Of a DNA stretch of 64,000 nt, positions 39,935-54,407 are shown one piece after another. The stretch's first letter is position 1. Each line of letters opens with the position of its first letter. The translations under genes and the position numbers were made by a program. This DNA comes from Octopus sinensis (taxonomy: Eukaryota). The stretch is from the NCBI RefSeq assembly GCF_006345805.1, contig NC_043002.1:65782001-65846000 (forward strand). Direction: 5' to 3'. The notes below the pieces were generated by a model. That model had not been told where the DNA came from. It saw only the letters and a list, made by a program, of their open reading frames with translations, and did not search any database.

Positions 39935-39937
<3 letters not shown>
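39381..39937. mobile_element. Unclassified ~555-bp element inserted in (TTA)n
   Basis: Complex sequence bounded sharply on both sides by (TTA)n runs; no ORF or TIR recognised. Confidence 0.45.
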
Positions 39938-39986
<49 letters not shown>

Positions 39987-40899
39987 GAACATCTTGGGAA
40001 AATTATTGCTTAGATTGATCTGAGTGGCGTAAAAGGTGTCATGATGCACCTAAACAATTTGAGTTGAAGAAAGAGGACAATGAAAGAATTATATCCTGTA
40101 ATCAACAGGTACATTAATCCAATGCCAGGCGAAATTAAAATCCTCATTGTCCTCATCATGACTTCAGAGCAAAATCTATACTGGGACCCAAATTACATTC
40201 ACGCATCCATCGCAAACAGATGCAGTTTCTTTCAATTTTAATCCCTTTTTTTCTTTTAATCCTTTCCTTCAAACTTTCGTACGTCAAAGTCGACGTGAGT
40301 GGCCATCGTTATTATTATTCGATTAGCTGTTCTTTAAGGAATAATGTCATCAAAAGACCTTTAATTGAAGACCATTGAATGTGGAATGTGACATACGGTC
40401 GTGAAAGGATTTATAGTTGAAAGAGAAGAATTACAGTGTCAACCATAAGCGATATGTACCAATGCAACCTGCTGTGCCAAATTACATTCCTTTACATCAA
40501 AAGGGTAATTTATCCATTTCAGTTCGATAAAATAAGTATCAATGACATACTGTCATTGATAGAATCGACTGCTCCCAGTCACTCATATTTGTGGCTTTGT
40601 TCCAATACTAGAAATTAATATAATAAAGAAACCAGAAAATGAAAGAGTACTTTTATGATTTAGATATCAGAGAAGGTAGGAAGTTTTCTACTACCATTTG
40701 TGTTATTCTCCTTAAAACGGGCGTGATGGAATAACAATATAAGAAATGAAGAGAGAACAAAAAGAGCGCCCGCTATTTTTATTACAGAGCTATAAGTCCG
40801 TATTATACACACACACACATACATGCATACACTCACACACACATATATAAACGTACATATGTATATATATATATATATTATATATAAACATATACGTAA

Positions 40900-40948
<49 letters not shown>

Positions 40949-41537
40949 GCAATATATAGATAAATGTGTGTGAGTATGTGTGAGTGTATAAATGTATGTA
41001 TACATATATATATTATTTATTCTTGTATCTTCAAAGTTCCATTATGCCAATAATAATAACATGTGCACAGATTCAATTCTACTTCTTTATCGTTCGTCAA
41101 TTGGTTCAACATCTAACTAACTAACAAACCGATATAATATATAGTATATACAATTTGCATCCTAGTGCTTCCAAGGGTTTTAACTATTATTTCTAGCAAT
41201 ATAGGTGCTATCCGGCACCATCGCTCACAATTGGTGACAACTGAATTTTTCCTATTTGGTTTTATATTGTGTATAGTGCCTTCGTTATGATATATATATA
41301 TATATATATATATATAGGAGGTTATGAGAGGTGATGGTGTCATTGAAACCCAAAGGTGTCAGGTAATGCTGAATAAGTGCTATTGATAGACCGTAGTTAA
41401 GTTCCAGGTTTGGTGATTATGTGAATAAGGGATTCAACGTTGGTCATATGTCAACGTGTGTATATGATTTTCTTTTTCGTAATGAGATAAAAAAAACCAA
41501 GGCTGTGTAGATGTTTATAGCATTTATAGATAGAAGG

Positions 41538-41561
<24 letters not shown>

Positions 41562-41570
<9 letters not shown>

Positions 41571-42004
41571 AGGGAAATGAATTGATGTTAATTTAATTAA
41601 TATCAATTTAAAACCAGTAGCCTAGCATATAAAAATCTGAAAAATCAGAAAAATGTCAATACATGTGTATATTTAGGGCTAAAACCACTAGGTGGATAAC
41701 CATATGCTTGAAGATCACATAGATCTAACTACAAAGAAAGAATGTTCTCCGGAAATTATATTGAATTTGGAACGATCGTACTGACGAGCCTGCGGACGAA
41801 GGATTACGTAAGTTCGGCAATAGACGGAATCGGTATACGATTAATTCTTGATTTTTATATAATTTTCATCTGTCGTGCCCGCCTATGTTCTTGTGTTCGC
41901 TGAATTTTCTCTGGAGAACATTCTTTCTTTGTAATTAGATCGTATGTGATCTTCTTCTAGCATATGGTTATCCACCTAGTGGTTTTAGCCCTAAATATAC
42001 ACAT
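41562..42004. mobile_element. PLE-like palindromic element in (TA)n with hammerhead-like spacer
   Basis: Inverted arms 41663-41750 / 41913-42004; shares the aaaaccacta motif with the 2316 arm. Confidence 0.65.
41775..41841 (+). ncRNA. Degenerate minimal hammerhead ribozyme motif
   Basis: Perfect 6-bp stem I atcgta/tacgat around CTGACGA...GGAA-tcgg-TA (GAAA mutated to GGAA). Confidence 0.55.
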
Positions 42005-42153
42005 ATATATATTTCCATTACCAGTGACCTAGCGTGTAAAAATTTAGTCAAATACTATATATTATTCATATAAATACAGTGTACATTTAAACACATGAGA
42101 GGTATCCATCATAGGATTCCTTGCACGTTAGAGAGGGCAGTTAAATTCCAAAC

Positions 42154-42200
<47 letters not shown>

Positions 42201-42719
42201 ACTAATTTTCGCAGGCATGGTTGGAAAAAAAATAAGTGAGTAAGGATTGCGTCTTGCTTCTGCAAAATTTAAAGAAGGAATGCCTGTTAACCTGGTATCA
42301 TGATTTTGAATTTAGCGCCAGAAGCACTTGATTCTCTTCTGCAAAGTCTACTCGTAACAAACCTATATATAACTTCAACCAATGCCTGTGCTCGTTTCGG
42401 TGCCCAAGCAGCATTGAGAAAAAGTTTTTATTAAAGCTGTAAAAACTTTACAAAACATCTGTTACTCAGACTCTCGCGTACCTGTTCGTCGGATAGCGTT
42501 GGTCAAGATGAAATTAAATTTTATTCCTTTCTTGATCCCAACTGTCCAATGAACGAGAACGGGAAACTCTAAGTAACATATTTTTTGTTGTGTTTTTGCA
42601 GCTTTTAAAAAAAAAACATACTACTCTACCTTCGGTATTCGAGTACTATTTTTTTCCATTTTGTTTTGCATTTATGTACTTACACGTGTGTGTGTGTATA
42701 TGCGTGTGTGTGTGTGTGT

Positions 42720-43010
42720 GGAGGCGCGTGGCTTAATGGTTAGGGCATTCGGCTTACGATTGTAGAGCCGTGAGTTCAATTCCCGACGACGCGTTGTTCC
42801 AGTCCACTCAACTGGGAAATATGAATAGTTCATGTATCTCAAAGGGCCAGACTTGTCACACTCTGTGTCATGCTGAATCTCCCTGAGAACTACGTTAAGA
42901 GTACACGGTCCTGTTGAGTGCTCAACCACTGGCACTTTAATTTCACGAGCAAGCTGTTCTGCTGATTATATTAGCTGGGACCAACGTCGTCGTAACCGAC
43001 GGAGTGCTCC
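42720..43010 (+). mobile_element. SINE family C variant
   Basis: ggaggcgcgtggcttaatggttagggcattcggc...gagttcaattccc head. Confidence 0.7.
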
Positions 43011-43019
43011 ATTTATATA

Positions 43020-43057
<38 letters not shown>

Positions 43058-43438
43058 CTAACAAAATGAGGAAAAGAAGTCCTTCAAAGAGGTGTGTTAA
43101 ACATCCAATTCACTGGTACGTCAGTTGGATACCAACCATCCTTTCACACGGAATTTCGTCTTTTCTAAAGCCAAAATCCCTGAAGTGACTATATATATAA
43201 CTGAACAGTGATTATGTATATCAGGAAAATATATATATAAGTTGGAACAATTTGTTGGCCTTTTATGGTTTTTATTATTATTTATATTATATAATATTAT
43301 GCTATGCTATATATTATATTCATAGTATTTAATGTAATATTGTAATATAAATAAATTATTAGATTGTCGATTGAATATCTCTATATTTAATTTATCTTTA
43401 CACACAGACACACACACACACATACATACACACGCACC

Positions 43439-43473
<35 letters not shown>

Positions 43474-43539
43474 CATATATATATATGTACAGACATATAT
43501 GGACTTATATATTCATATATAGACGCACATACACAAATG

Positions 43540-43580
<41 letters not shown>

Positions 43581-44047
43581 GTGTGTGTATGCATAAATGC
43601 GTGTGCAGTATCAGTGTAAATTCCTGCGTATACATATGTGTGAGTATATGTGTATGTATGTCAGTGTATGCGTGTGTATCGATAGATACACATATATATT
43701 TCTAATAGATATGTACTAGGATATATATATATATATATGTGTGTGCATGTGCTTGTATATTTAGGAATAATATTCATTTATTTTTTTTAAATCCTTGCCT
43801 GGAAGTCAGAAAGCAAAAACATCTTTAATTGCAAGAACGCTATAAGTATTCTAAATGGAAACCAATGTAAGCCTCGAAGAGATTCCATGAGCGCGCACAA
43901 ACACACACACACGCGCATACACACACACACTCACATACAATGTACATACATACATACATACACATTTCGTTGTTTATTTTCCCTTATATATGTTACGTGT
44001 GTCTATTTGCCTGAGTGTGCGCATATACAGATACATATATACATATA

Positions 44048-44097
<50 letters not shown>

Positions 44098-44241
44098 GCA
44101 TATACATGCATATAAATGTGTGTATGTGCATACATACAGGCAGACACACCCACACATTTATATACATATTCATATATATGTATGTATATATATTATACTT
44201 ACTTATATACACATATGCATGCATACATACATACATATATA

Positions 44242-44289
<48 letters not shown>

Positions 44290-44490
44290 CTATACGTTTT
44301 GATAGGAAGGTGATTAGAAAGAAGGACGAAGAAGAGGAATATTTTTTGTAGTGATGCAATAAATTTTACGTCTTTTCATTAAAAAATACACAGAAACGAA
44401 AGAAAAAAGCAACGAACGGAGAAACTAATATTTCAATTGTTGCTCACAGTTTGAGTGAAACGAAGTTTTATAAACATAAACACCAATACG

Positions 44491-44564
<74 letters not shown>

Positions 44565-45433
44565 AGAGAAGAAAAAAGAGATAAATAGACGTTGGTGATG
44601 GAAATAAAGAGAGACGGAGAGAGATGGAGAGAGTGAATAAGTAAGAATAACCGAATGAGAGTGAGAGACAGAGAAAGAGAGCAATGACATGGAAGAAAAA
44701 TTAAAAAAGAGAGTGGAGGAGTGGGACGTGGAGGAGGACGGTGGTGGTGGTTTGTGGTGGTGGTTTGTGGTGGTGGTGGTGGTGGTGGTGGTGGGTAATT
44801 GGAAAAGAAGAAAAGAAGAAGAAGAAGAAGAAGAAGAAGAAGAAGAAGAAGAAGAAGAAGAAGAAGAAGAAGAAGAAGAAGAAGAAGAAGAAGAAGAAGA
44901 AGAAGAAGAAGAAGAAGAGAAGAAGAAGAAGAGGACCACAACAACAACAAGATCAACAGGCAAAAAGTAACTGCAGCCTATAAAAAGAAATCGAACGAAA
45001 ATAACTATGAATGTCAACAAAACAAAAAAACCCAGCATTGACAATATTAGACAAGTGTTAGGATGTTAATAGCGCCATTGTTGAAGCAGTAGAATACTGC
45101 TTATGTTGAAGACAATCAACAATTGTGTCCGCCGCGACTCCGACTGCACTGGAATAATTGTTTGGTTACGTTGTACTTCACACCTTGACAACAAATTGGT
45201 GGTGGAATGTGATGGAAGGGATCGGGTAGGAGGTGAATATATAACGAACAAATGTTTTGACTGACTGACTGGCGAAACATAGGTATCAATGAAAGTCTTA
45301 ATTATATTCGCCGCGTGCGACGTTTAAAATATAAGACACCCTTTATTGTTCCTTGGCCGCCATTCTTTTCTTGTTTATTTGTATTATTTTTATTATTATC
45401 TACCTGAATAGCGCTGATGTTTATTTTAGATGG

Positions 45434-45519
<86 letters not shown>

Positions 45520-45655
45520 GTAGGTAGACGGAGGGAGAGAGATTCATAGATTGAGAAGGGGAGACAAACAGACTGTCAGAAAGTCAGACAGTCAGAGAGG
45601 CAGTCAAGAACCGACCGACAGATAAAATAGACAGACAACTGATAGACAGACAGAC

Positions 45656-45739
<84 letters not shown>

Positions 45740-46049
45740 GTAAACACCTGTCTTTCTATATTATACCTTTAGGAACAAGAAAAAAAAGGATCAGTGCGGT
45801 TAATGTCGGTCACGTTTAGGATTCAACGGTGACTGGTCCATCGTGAAAAGACTTATAGATTTGTTAGAAGTGACTCCCAGAAATACCATTCCGGAGCAGT
45901 TTTCTGCTTCTATATATCCTTGGCGCTTGTGCTATATATGTGGGGCGAGGACATATAGTATCTTATTTTTGCATATATCACACAACAATGACCAATGTAG
46001 CTCTGTGAAGCAATGCCAGCGTGTAGTTATGAGAATGTATAATTTTCTA

Positions 46050-47043
<994 letters not shown>

Positions 47044-48761
47044 TTTTATTCGTTTATTCGTGTATTTGTTTCAGTGATGTGACTCTAACCATGATGGGTC
47101 ACTGCTTCCAACGGCTTCGTCGATCAATCCAACTCCAGAAGTTTTTAAATTCTGGTACTTATTCCATCGATCTTATCACACAGCCGCACCTGCGCCTATT
47201 CAGAATTGCTCATATTTTTGAATGTCTTTTTCATCTATTCTCCTATAATTTATATTCGGTCTCTCAGCATCCTGCGCTTTTGGGGATGGAGATGGGGAAG
47301 GTTTTTTTTGTGCTATTGTAGCTGTTTGTATCTCACTACTATTTCACATGAGATATTTGTCTGCATATCTTGTTTGTTCCATCAGGCTTATCAAATGCCG
47401 ACCTGAATATCCAGACTCCGAAAGCTAGCTCGCTGTATTGTTTTGAAGAAGATTCTCGTCTTGAGATACTCTTGCCAGTCTGTCATGTTTCAGACTGGCA
47501 AGAATAAACGAAACGAAATTGCCCCAGAATGATCCTAAGAACTGCGATTCCGGTTCGCCTAGTTTCCATGTATGTTGAGTTTTTAACCCTAAACGTCTTT
47601 AAAGGGATTTTTCCAGGACGAAAAACCGCAGCCTCTGGCGTTTAAACAACACACATGCGTTAACTACGTTGTATTGATGATGTTTGTTGGGTTTTTATTT
47701 TTATAATTTAGAGATTCTTCTATCTTCTAATCTATAATTTGTATATGTAGCTGTGTGCTAAGAAGTTCGCTTCGCAACCACATAGTTCCGCGTTCAGTCC
47801 CATTGCATGACACCTTGGGTAACTGTCTTCCGCTATAGCCTAAGGCAGACCAAAACCTTGTGAGTGGATTTGATAATCGGAAACTGAAATAAGCTCGTCG
47901 GTATTTCGGGCCTTGTGCCTAGAGGAGAAAAGAATCGTTAGCACGCTGGACGAAACGCTTAGCGGTATTTTGCCCGTCGCTACGTTCTAAGTTCAAATTC
48001 CACCGCGGTCAACTTTGCCCTTCATCTTTTTGGGGTTGATAAATTAAGTACCAGTTGCGTACTGGGGGCGATCTAATCGATTGGCTCCCTGCCCAAAAAC
48101 TATATGTGCATTTATATGTATGCATATACACATATACGTACGTACATACGTAATATACATGAAAGCAGTCTATTCATAACCGAAGAATACTACCGTTGAT
48201 CATTTAGAACATTGTACTGCTGTGCATTCAGACAAATTTATCCATCACACTTGTGACTCCGCTAGTGACTAACCAGCCCAGCCCTTGATAAACAAACACC
48301 TCCGAAGGGAGACATACATTGACACATACATACACGCGCACACACATAGATACTTACATACATGTATACACTCACATGCACATACATACATTCATTATCG
48401 ACCTTTGTCGACAAGGTCTCAATGGAGATACAAATATAGTAAAGCCAGTTGCTATACTGATGTTGAAAGTAAATCCACTCAAGCGCCGAAAACTACAAGG
48501 CACGCAGCCTGTTTGAATATATTCCTCTATATTCATTGTGATAGGACTATATTCACAGCTGAACGAACAGCTAGGAAGAGAGGTGTTTGAGGATGTGCTG
48601 AACAACATTTAATGAATAGTCTGGGGCATAAGATGAACCTTGTTATAGACCGATTGAATTACAAGACAGCTTTCAGTTCTATTTCACGATTTGCTAAATC
48701 AAGGCCAAAAAAACTTCGTTCTTAGCCACCAATATAGTAAGTGGTTATATTTTCATTGATA

Positions 48762-49179
48762 GATGTTCCATTTCAATTTAAGACGCTTCAGCTTTCAGTC
48801 AAACTAAGTTTTGCTATTTCAGTTAACAAATTTCAGGGTCAGTCTCTCAATGTAGTTACACTTGGGCCCTCTACTACATGCATCTCCCATAGCCAACTCT
48901 ATGTTGTTTGCTCGTGAGTTGAAAGCAGCAACAATTTATTCATTTCGACACCAACAAAAAATTATATAATGAATATTTTTTACCCTGAAGTGCTTCAACA
49001 TTGACAGATTTTCAGTTCCAAATTCATGATAAAATTTGGAACTGAAAATTACAATTTAGATAATTTTTTAATAAAATATAGATATTTTGAAATAATTATG
49101 AGAATATATCTTTATATTTATTGTTTACTTATCTGAATAAGAACAGCAATACCCGGGCAACGCCGGGTCATTTAGCTAG
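48762..49179 (+). mobile_element. 3' remnant of an autonomous Helitron (PIF1 helicase C-terminus plus terminus)
   Basis: One frame 48762-49004: DVPFQFKTLQLSVKLSFAISVNKFQGQSL...CISHSQLYVVCS*V...NIFYPEVL (PIF1 motifs V/VI, one internal stop); hairpin ACCCGGGCAACGCCGGGT and CTAG|T at 49176-49180. Confidence 0.9.
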
Positions 49180-50499
49180 TGTATACATAAAGAACACTAT
49201 ACAAACCCACATATACAATGACACCCAAGCTTGTACAAATGCGAGTGCATATACATACGTGCATAAACACATGTAAATATCCATACATAATGAATGCATA
49301 AATACATACGTGTTCATTCAGCGATGAATACCATCAAGTCAAATTTAAGGATGGCTCACACGGTGACATTTTTTTAAGTGAAGAAGAGTTGTACATGCCA
49401 ACCTCATTCTCTCGTCCGTAATCATATTCAATTCAGTAGTGATATTATGTCAAAACAACTAGGGACGGAGAAATGTAGTGGATGACTAAGATGTCTTACT
49501 TGCTTCATATTTATCTCTGCACTCCGCTCTGCGTAGTTGCAGCCATCTTCTCCTCCGTTGAACCATGAAGGTTTCTTCTGCAAAGCCCACCGGACCCACT
49601 CCTTCACATGCATAGCTAAGCAATCCCGAATATGCTAATTAATCCACAATGAAGACGATTCGCTTGGTGGTTAAGATGTTGGGCTCATTATCATAAGATT
49701 GTGGTTTCGATTCCGGGACCAGGCAACACGTGAGTTCTTGAGCAAGACACTTCATTTCACGTTGCTCCACTCCACTCAGCTGGTAAAAATGAGTAACCGT
49801 GCGACGGACCGGCGTCCCGTCCAGGTGAGGAACACATATGCCATTAAAAGCGGGTAACCGGCCCTCGTGAGCTTGGCATGGCCCGAGAAGGTAACTTTAC
49901 TTACTTTTAATTAATCCATAGCTGGGATCCTGACAGCTGATACTACTCCGCCCCAGAGTAGATCTTGGAATAACAGTGGCTCAGAGATGGTTCGAAACTC
50001 TTCAAAATCTCGAAACTCCAGAATAAGAGAGCCTCACTACTGGATGCAGTTTAAAGTTAATCGATTGTCTATCAAATAAAAAGGATCGATTAACTATGCA
50101 TATTGCAATGTGCTTCAAATGGGTTATGTCATTCTATTTGAAACCCGCGTAAGCTAATTAAATCGCTGATAATGCATCCTCATTATTTGTGTTTATATGT
50201 GTGTCTTTGGGTTTGAGTTTGTGTCTGTCCCATCACCTTCATAACAACCGGTATTGTTTTGTTTACAGTCAAGTTACCCAGCGGTACGAGAAAAGTGACC
50301 GATAAAATAAATACCAGATAAGAAATAAATACTGGAGTCGATCTGTTTAACTAAAATTGTTCAAGGAAGTGCCCCAGCATAACCGCAATCTAATGCCTGA
50401 AACAAAAGTAAATGATAAAAGATGACATACACACACATGCGTACATATGAGTCTGTGTGTGTCTGCGTGCATGCGTGTGAGAGAGAGAGAGAGAGAGAA

Positions 50500-50565
<66 letters not shown>

Positions 50566-51094
50566 GTGTGTGTGTCTGTGCGTGTGTGAGGGTATTCACA
50601 GAAATTCTGGCCCAGCTCATAAATAGTGCATGCGCAATGAATAACAAAAGCGACAACAACCCATATACAATATTTATTGAAAACCTAAAGCGCAAAGACA
50701 ACAATTTCAAGAACAATGAGTGTCTTTATAATCTAACCATTATTTCCAGAAGCTATTGTAGTCCGTGTATATGACGTGACTTTACAAAAGGTCAGGTTTA
50801 GGTAACCGAACTGCGGACCGGCGCCTACCTGACGGGTGTCAGTCGGTGTGTAATATCGGTGTAGACTAGTACGACATGTTTACACATCAAGCAGTGGGAG
50901 ACAGAGAGAGTGTGGGGAGAGAGAAAGAAAGGAACAGACAGAGAGAGACCGAGAGAGAGGAAGGGAGAAGCAGAAAAGATATGTAGCAAGAGAGAAACTA
51001 AGGACGACGAAGATGAAGAAAAAAGTATGACCCTGATGGAAAGCGAGGGAAGTAAGAGAGGATCAGGAGAAGGAAGAAAGAGAAAGAGGGAGGG

Positions 51095-51700
51095 AAGCTG
51101 GCAGAACTGTTAGCACTCCGGCGAGCTGGCTGAAACGTTTGCACGCCGGGCGAAATGCTTAGCGGAATTTCGTCCGCTGTTACGTTCTGAGTTCAAATTC
51201 CACCGACGTCGACTTTGCCTTTCATCCATTTGGGGTCGATTAAATAAGTACCAGTTACGCACTGGGGTTGATGTAATCGGCTTAATCCGTGTGTCTGTCC
51301 TTGTTTGTCCCCTCTGTGTTCAGCCCCTTGTGGGAAGTAAAGAAATAGGCATTTCGTCTGCGGCTACGTTCTGAGTTCAAATTCCGCCGAGGTCGACTTT
51401 GCCTTTCATCCTTTCAGGGTCGATTAAATAAGTACCAGTTACGCACTGGGGTCGATATAATCGGCTTAATCCGTTTGTCTGTCCTTGTTTGTCCCTTCTG
51501 TGTGTAGCCCCTTGTGAGCAGTAAAGAAATAAGAACTGTTAGCACTCCGGACGAAATGCCGCTAAGTATTTAGTTCTGAGTTCAAACGCCGCTGGGGTCT
51601 ACTTTGCTTTTCATCCTTTCGGAATTGATAAAATAAGTACCAGTTGTGTGATGGAGTCGATATTATTGGCTTACTCGCACTTCTTACCCTGGTACCAAAG
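51095..51700 (+). mobile_element. SINE A dimer (51120-51531) inserted inside the head of an older SINE A
   Basis: TSD AGAACTGTTAGCACTCC at 51103-51119 and 51532-51548. Confidence 0.85.
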
Positions 51701-53168
51701 TTGAAGCCAATATATTAATGTACTATTGAAATGTCAGTAACTATATGCATCGTCTATCTTTAATAACATGTTGCGAGTGCGTATGTTGCAATCTGTTGTA
51801 GCTTGTGTGTGTGTCTGTGTATGTGTGTGAGTCAGCGTGTGCGCGCACAATCTTGCTTATTATTAACCAGAGAGAAAAATAAGTTGAGGCAGTCGGCGTG
51901 AAGACGTTTTCCGAGCGATCGCATTTTCAGTAGCTTCTTGCCGCAACGAGCAAGAAGAATTATTTGCGCGCCGGACAAAATGCTAAGCGGCATTTCTTCC
52001 GTCTTTACGTTCTGTGTTCGAAGTCTGCCGAGCTTGATTTTGCCTTTCATCCTTTCAGTCGATAAAATTAAGTACTTGGTTCGATGTAATCGACTTAACC
52101 CCTCCCCCGAATTCGCTGGCTTGTTTAAATGCTGCCAAGGTCGACTTTGCTCTTAATCCTTTCGGTCGATAAAATAAATACCAGTCAAGTACTGGGGTCG
52201 ATGTAATCGATTAACCCGCACCCACACCTAAAATTACTGACCCTACACCAAAATTTGGAAGAATTTGAAAGAAAGATTTTCCATTTCTACGACTATTCGA
52301 AGAAATTCTTCATAAAATGTTTAGGTGTCATCTCTCTTTCCATATTACCCATTACAGGATGGGCAGCAAATTGGCAGAATCATTAACACGTTGGACAAAA
52401 TGCTTAGCGGCGTTTATTCCAGTAGTTTACGTTTGGGTTCAAATCCCACCGAGGCCAACTTTGGTTTTCACCCCTTCGGAGGCGATGAAAATGTATACCA
52501 GTCAAATACTGATAGCGATGTAACTGACTTGTCCCCTCCCCTTAAATTTACTCACCTTGAATCCTGCAACAGACCGATGTCCCGTTCAAGGATAATTTTG
52601 TGACCTGAGTTAGTTATACGCCATGGAAATCGGATAAATGGTGTTATGAGTCCTTAGACGCAAAAGAAAAACTATACCACAATAGGAGAAAAAGACGAAG
52701 TAGTAGAGTCATTTGAACGTCCGATGCTGTTTGCTCCGACTCTGTACGTTCTGATTACAAATCTCGCCAACATGAACTTGTACCTTCACTCTTTTGATTA
52801 AGGACCTTCAGCTGATATTCTGTCTGGACAGTTTAATTCGTTTCTCGTTTTCTTTAGTTCATTTTTGCATGGAAAAACTTATATCTTTTATAAGATAACT
52901 ACTGTATTGATGTCAAACAAATACATGAGACAACAAATGGTTCTCGTAGGTGGAGGAAAAGTTAATAATATTGACCTGAAATGAAAGAAAGTTAAACCCA
53001 GTTGTGAGACAGTTGAAATTGTCGTGGGTGGAATTTGAACAGAGGAACATAAAAGGAACACACCTAAATAGCGTAGAGCATTCTATCAACACACCGCCCT
53101 CAATTGTAGTAGTTACGCCAAACATAATAGCAAAACGAACCGCTGTATATTCAGAACGTTATAAAATA

Positions 53169-54392
53169 CAGGGTGTGTAAGGTATTTGAGGAAACGGACA
53201 ATCATGCCTTTTTACTGAAAAGGGTTCTAAGGATAAGAATAAACATATTGTTTTGTCATTTTCTTCACTAAAGTCTCCTTCAGCTTTAATAACAGCTTGT
53301 ATGCGAGGTCTGAATCTCCTACATGCTAGGATCTAATGGATGTGTTCATATTAGTCATTACTCTAACTATGGAGGCTTTTAGGGATTCTTTAGTGTTATG
53401 TGGGTGCTAATTAACCTCTTTCTCAACTACGCTCCATACATAGTAGTCCAATGTATTGAGATCTGGCAAGCTAGGAGGCCAAATGCTGGGGGTTATGTGG
53501 TCATGAAAATTTTCCGCCATCCATTCCTGCGTTGCTGTAGCCTTGTGTGGTAGTGCTGAGTCTTGTTGAAACACAAAAGGTCTTCCGTTGCGTATATTAT
53601 CGATCGTAACTACTGTATACAGAACATCTATGTAGGTAGCAGTGTTTCCTCGAAAACTTTGTGGAAAGAAGTGAGGAGGCATCCCATGTCCTTCATTGCT
53701 GACAACCCCCAAAACCATGACAGTTGCAGGAAATTTTGTATGCATTACTCTTGTAACTTCCGAAGGCTCTGCACATAGCCATCTGTCATATCTTCAGTTT
53801 ATTTTCTGATCTTGATCAAAGTCTTTCTCGTCTGAGAAGAACCAAATGACATCTTTCTCTCTTGGGTTTTTTAATTTGTTCATGAGTCTTTTAGATCTGA
53901 TTAAGCGATTTTCTTTCACTGTTTCTGACATGAAGTGACCTTTTCTCATCGTATAAGGTTTGTATCTGATGTCTGTAGACAACATTTCAGATTGTTCCCT
54001 CTGACATATGGCGTTCATTTTGCAACCAACCTCATGGATCTTCTGGGATTGTCATCGATGGTCTGCTTTACTTGTTGAATAAATTCTGGTGTTGTAATAG
54101 TATCAGTGCGTCTACAATGTTTCTTACGTTTTGATACTGGCGATACATTTCCATCTTTAGCCTCTAACTCCTTGCGAATTTTGTAGACGAAGGATCAAGT
54201 GACTTTTAAAAATCGTACTATTTCTAAATTGCTATGGTGAGCCTTTATAGCCATGATGACTGCATGACTCTTCATTTCTTGTGTGATCATAGGGTATGCC
54301 ATAGATTATTCTGAAATATAGAAAATATTAAGTTGATAAATATGCTGCTATAGTAAAATTAACATATATCCTCAAATACCTTACGCACCCTG
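53169..54392 (-). mobile_element. Near full-length defective DD37D (maT) Tc1/mariner transposon, 1224 bp
   Basis: 24-bp TIRs CAGGGTG(T/C)GTAAGGTATTTGAGGA, TA TSDs; transposase WFFSDEK...QQD-(37)-D (WPPSLPDLNTLDYYVW) with stops and frameshifts. Confidence 0.92.
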
Positions 54393-54407
54393 TATATAGG
54401 GGAGGAG

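Noticed and set aside
41040-41540. Penelope RT coding remnants between TA runs
   Set aside because: Only a vague resemblance; no diagnostic motif could be read
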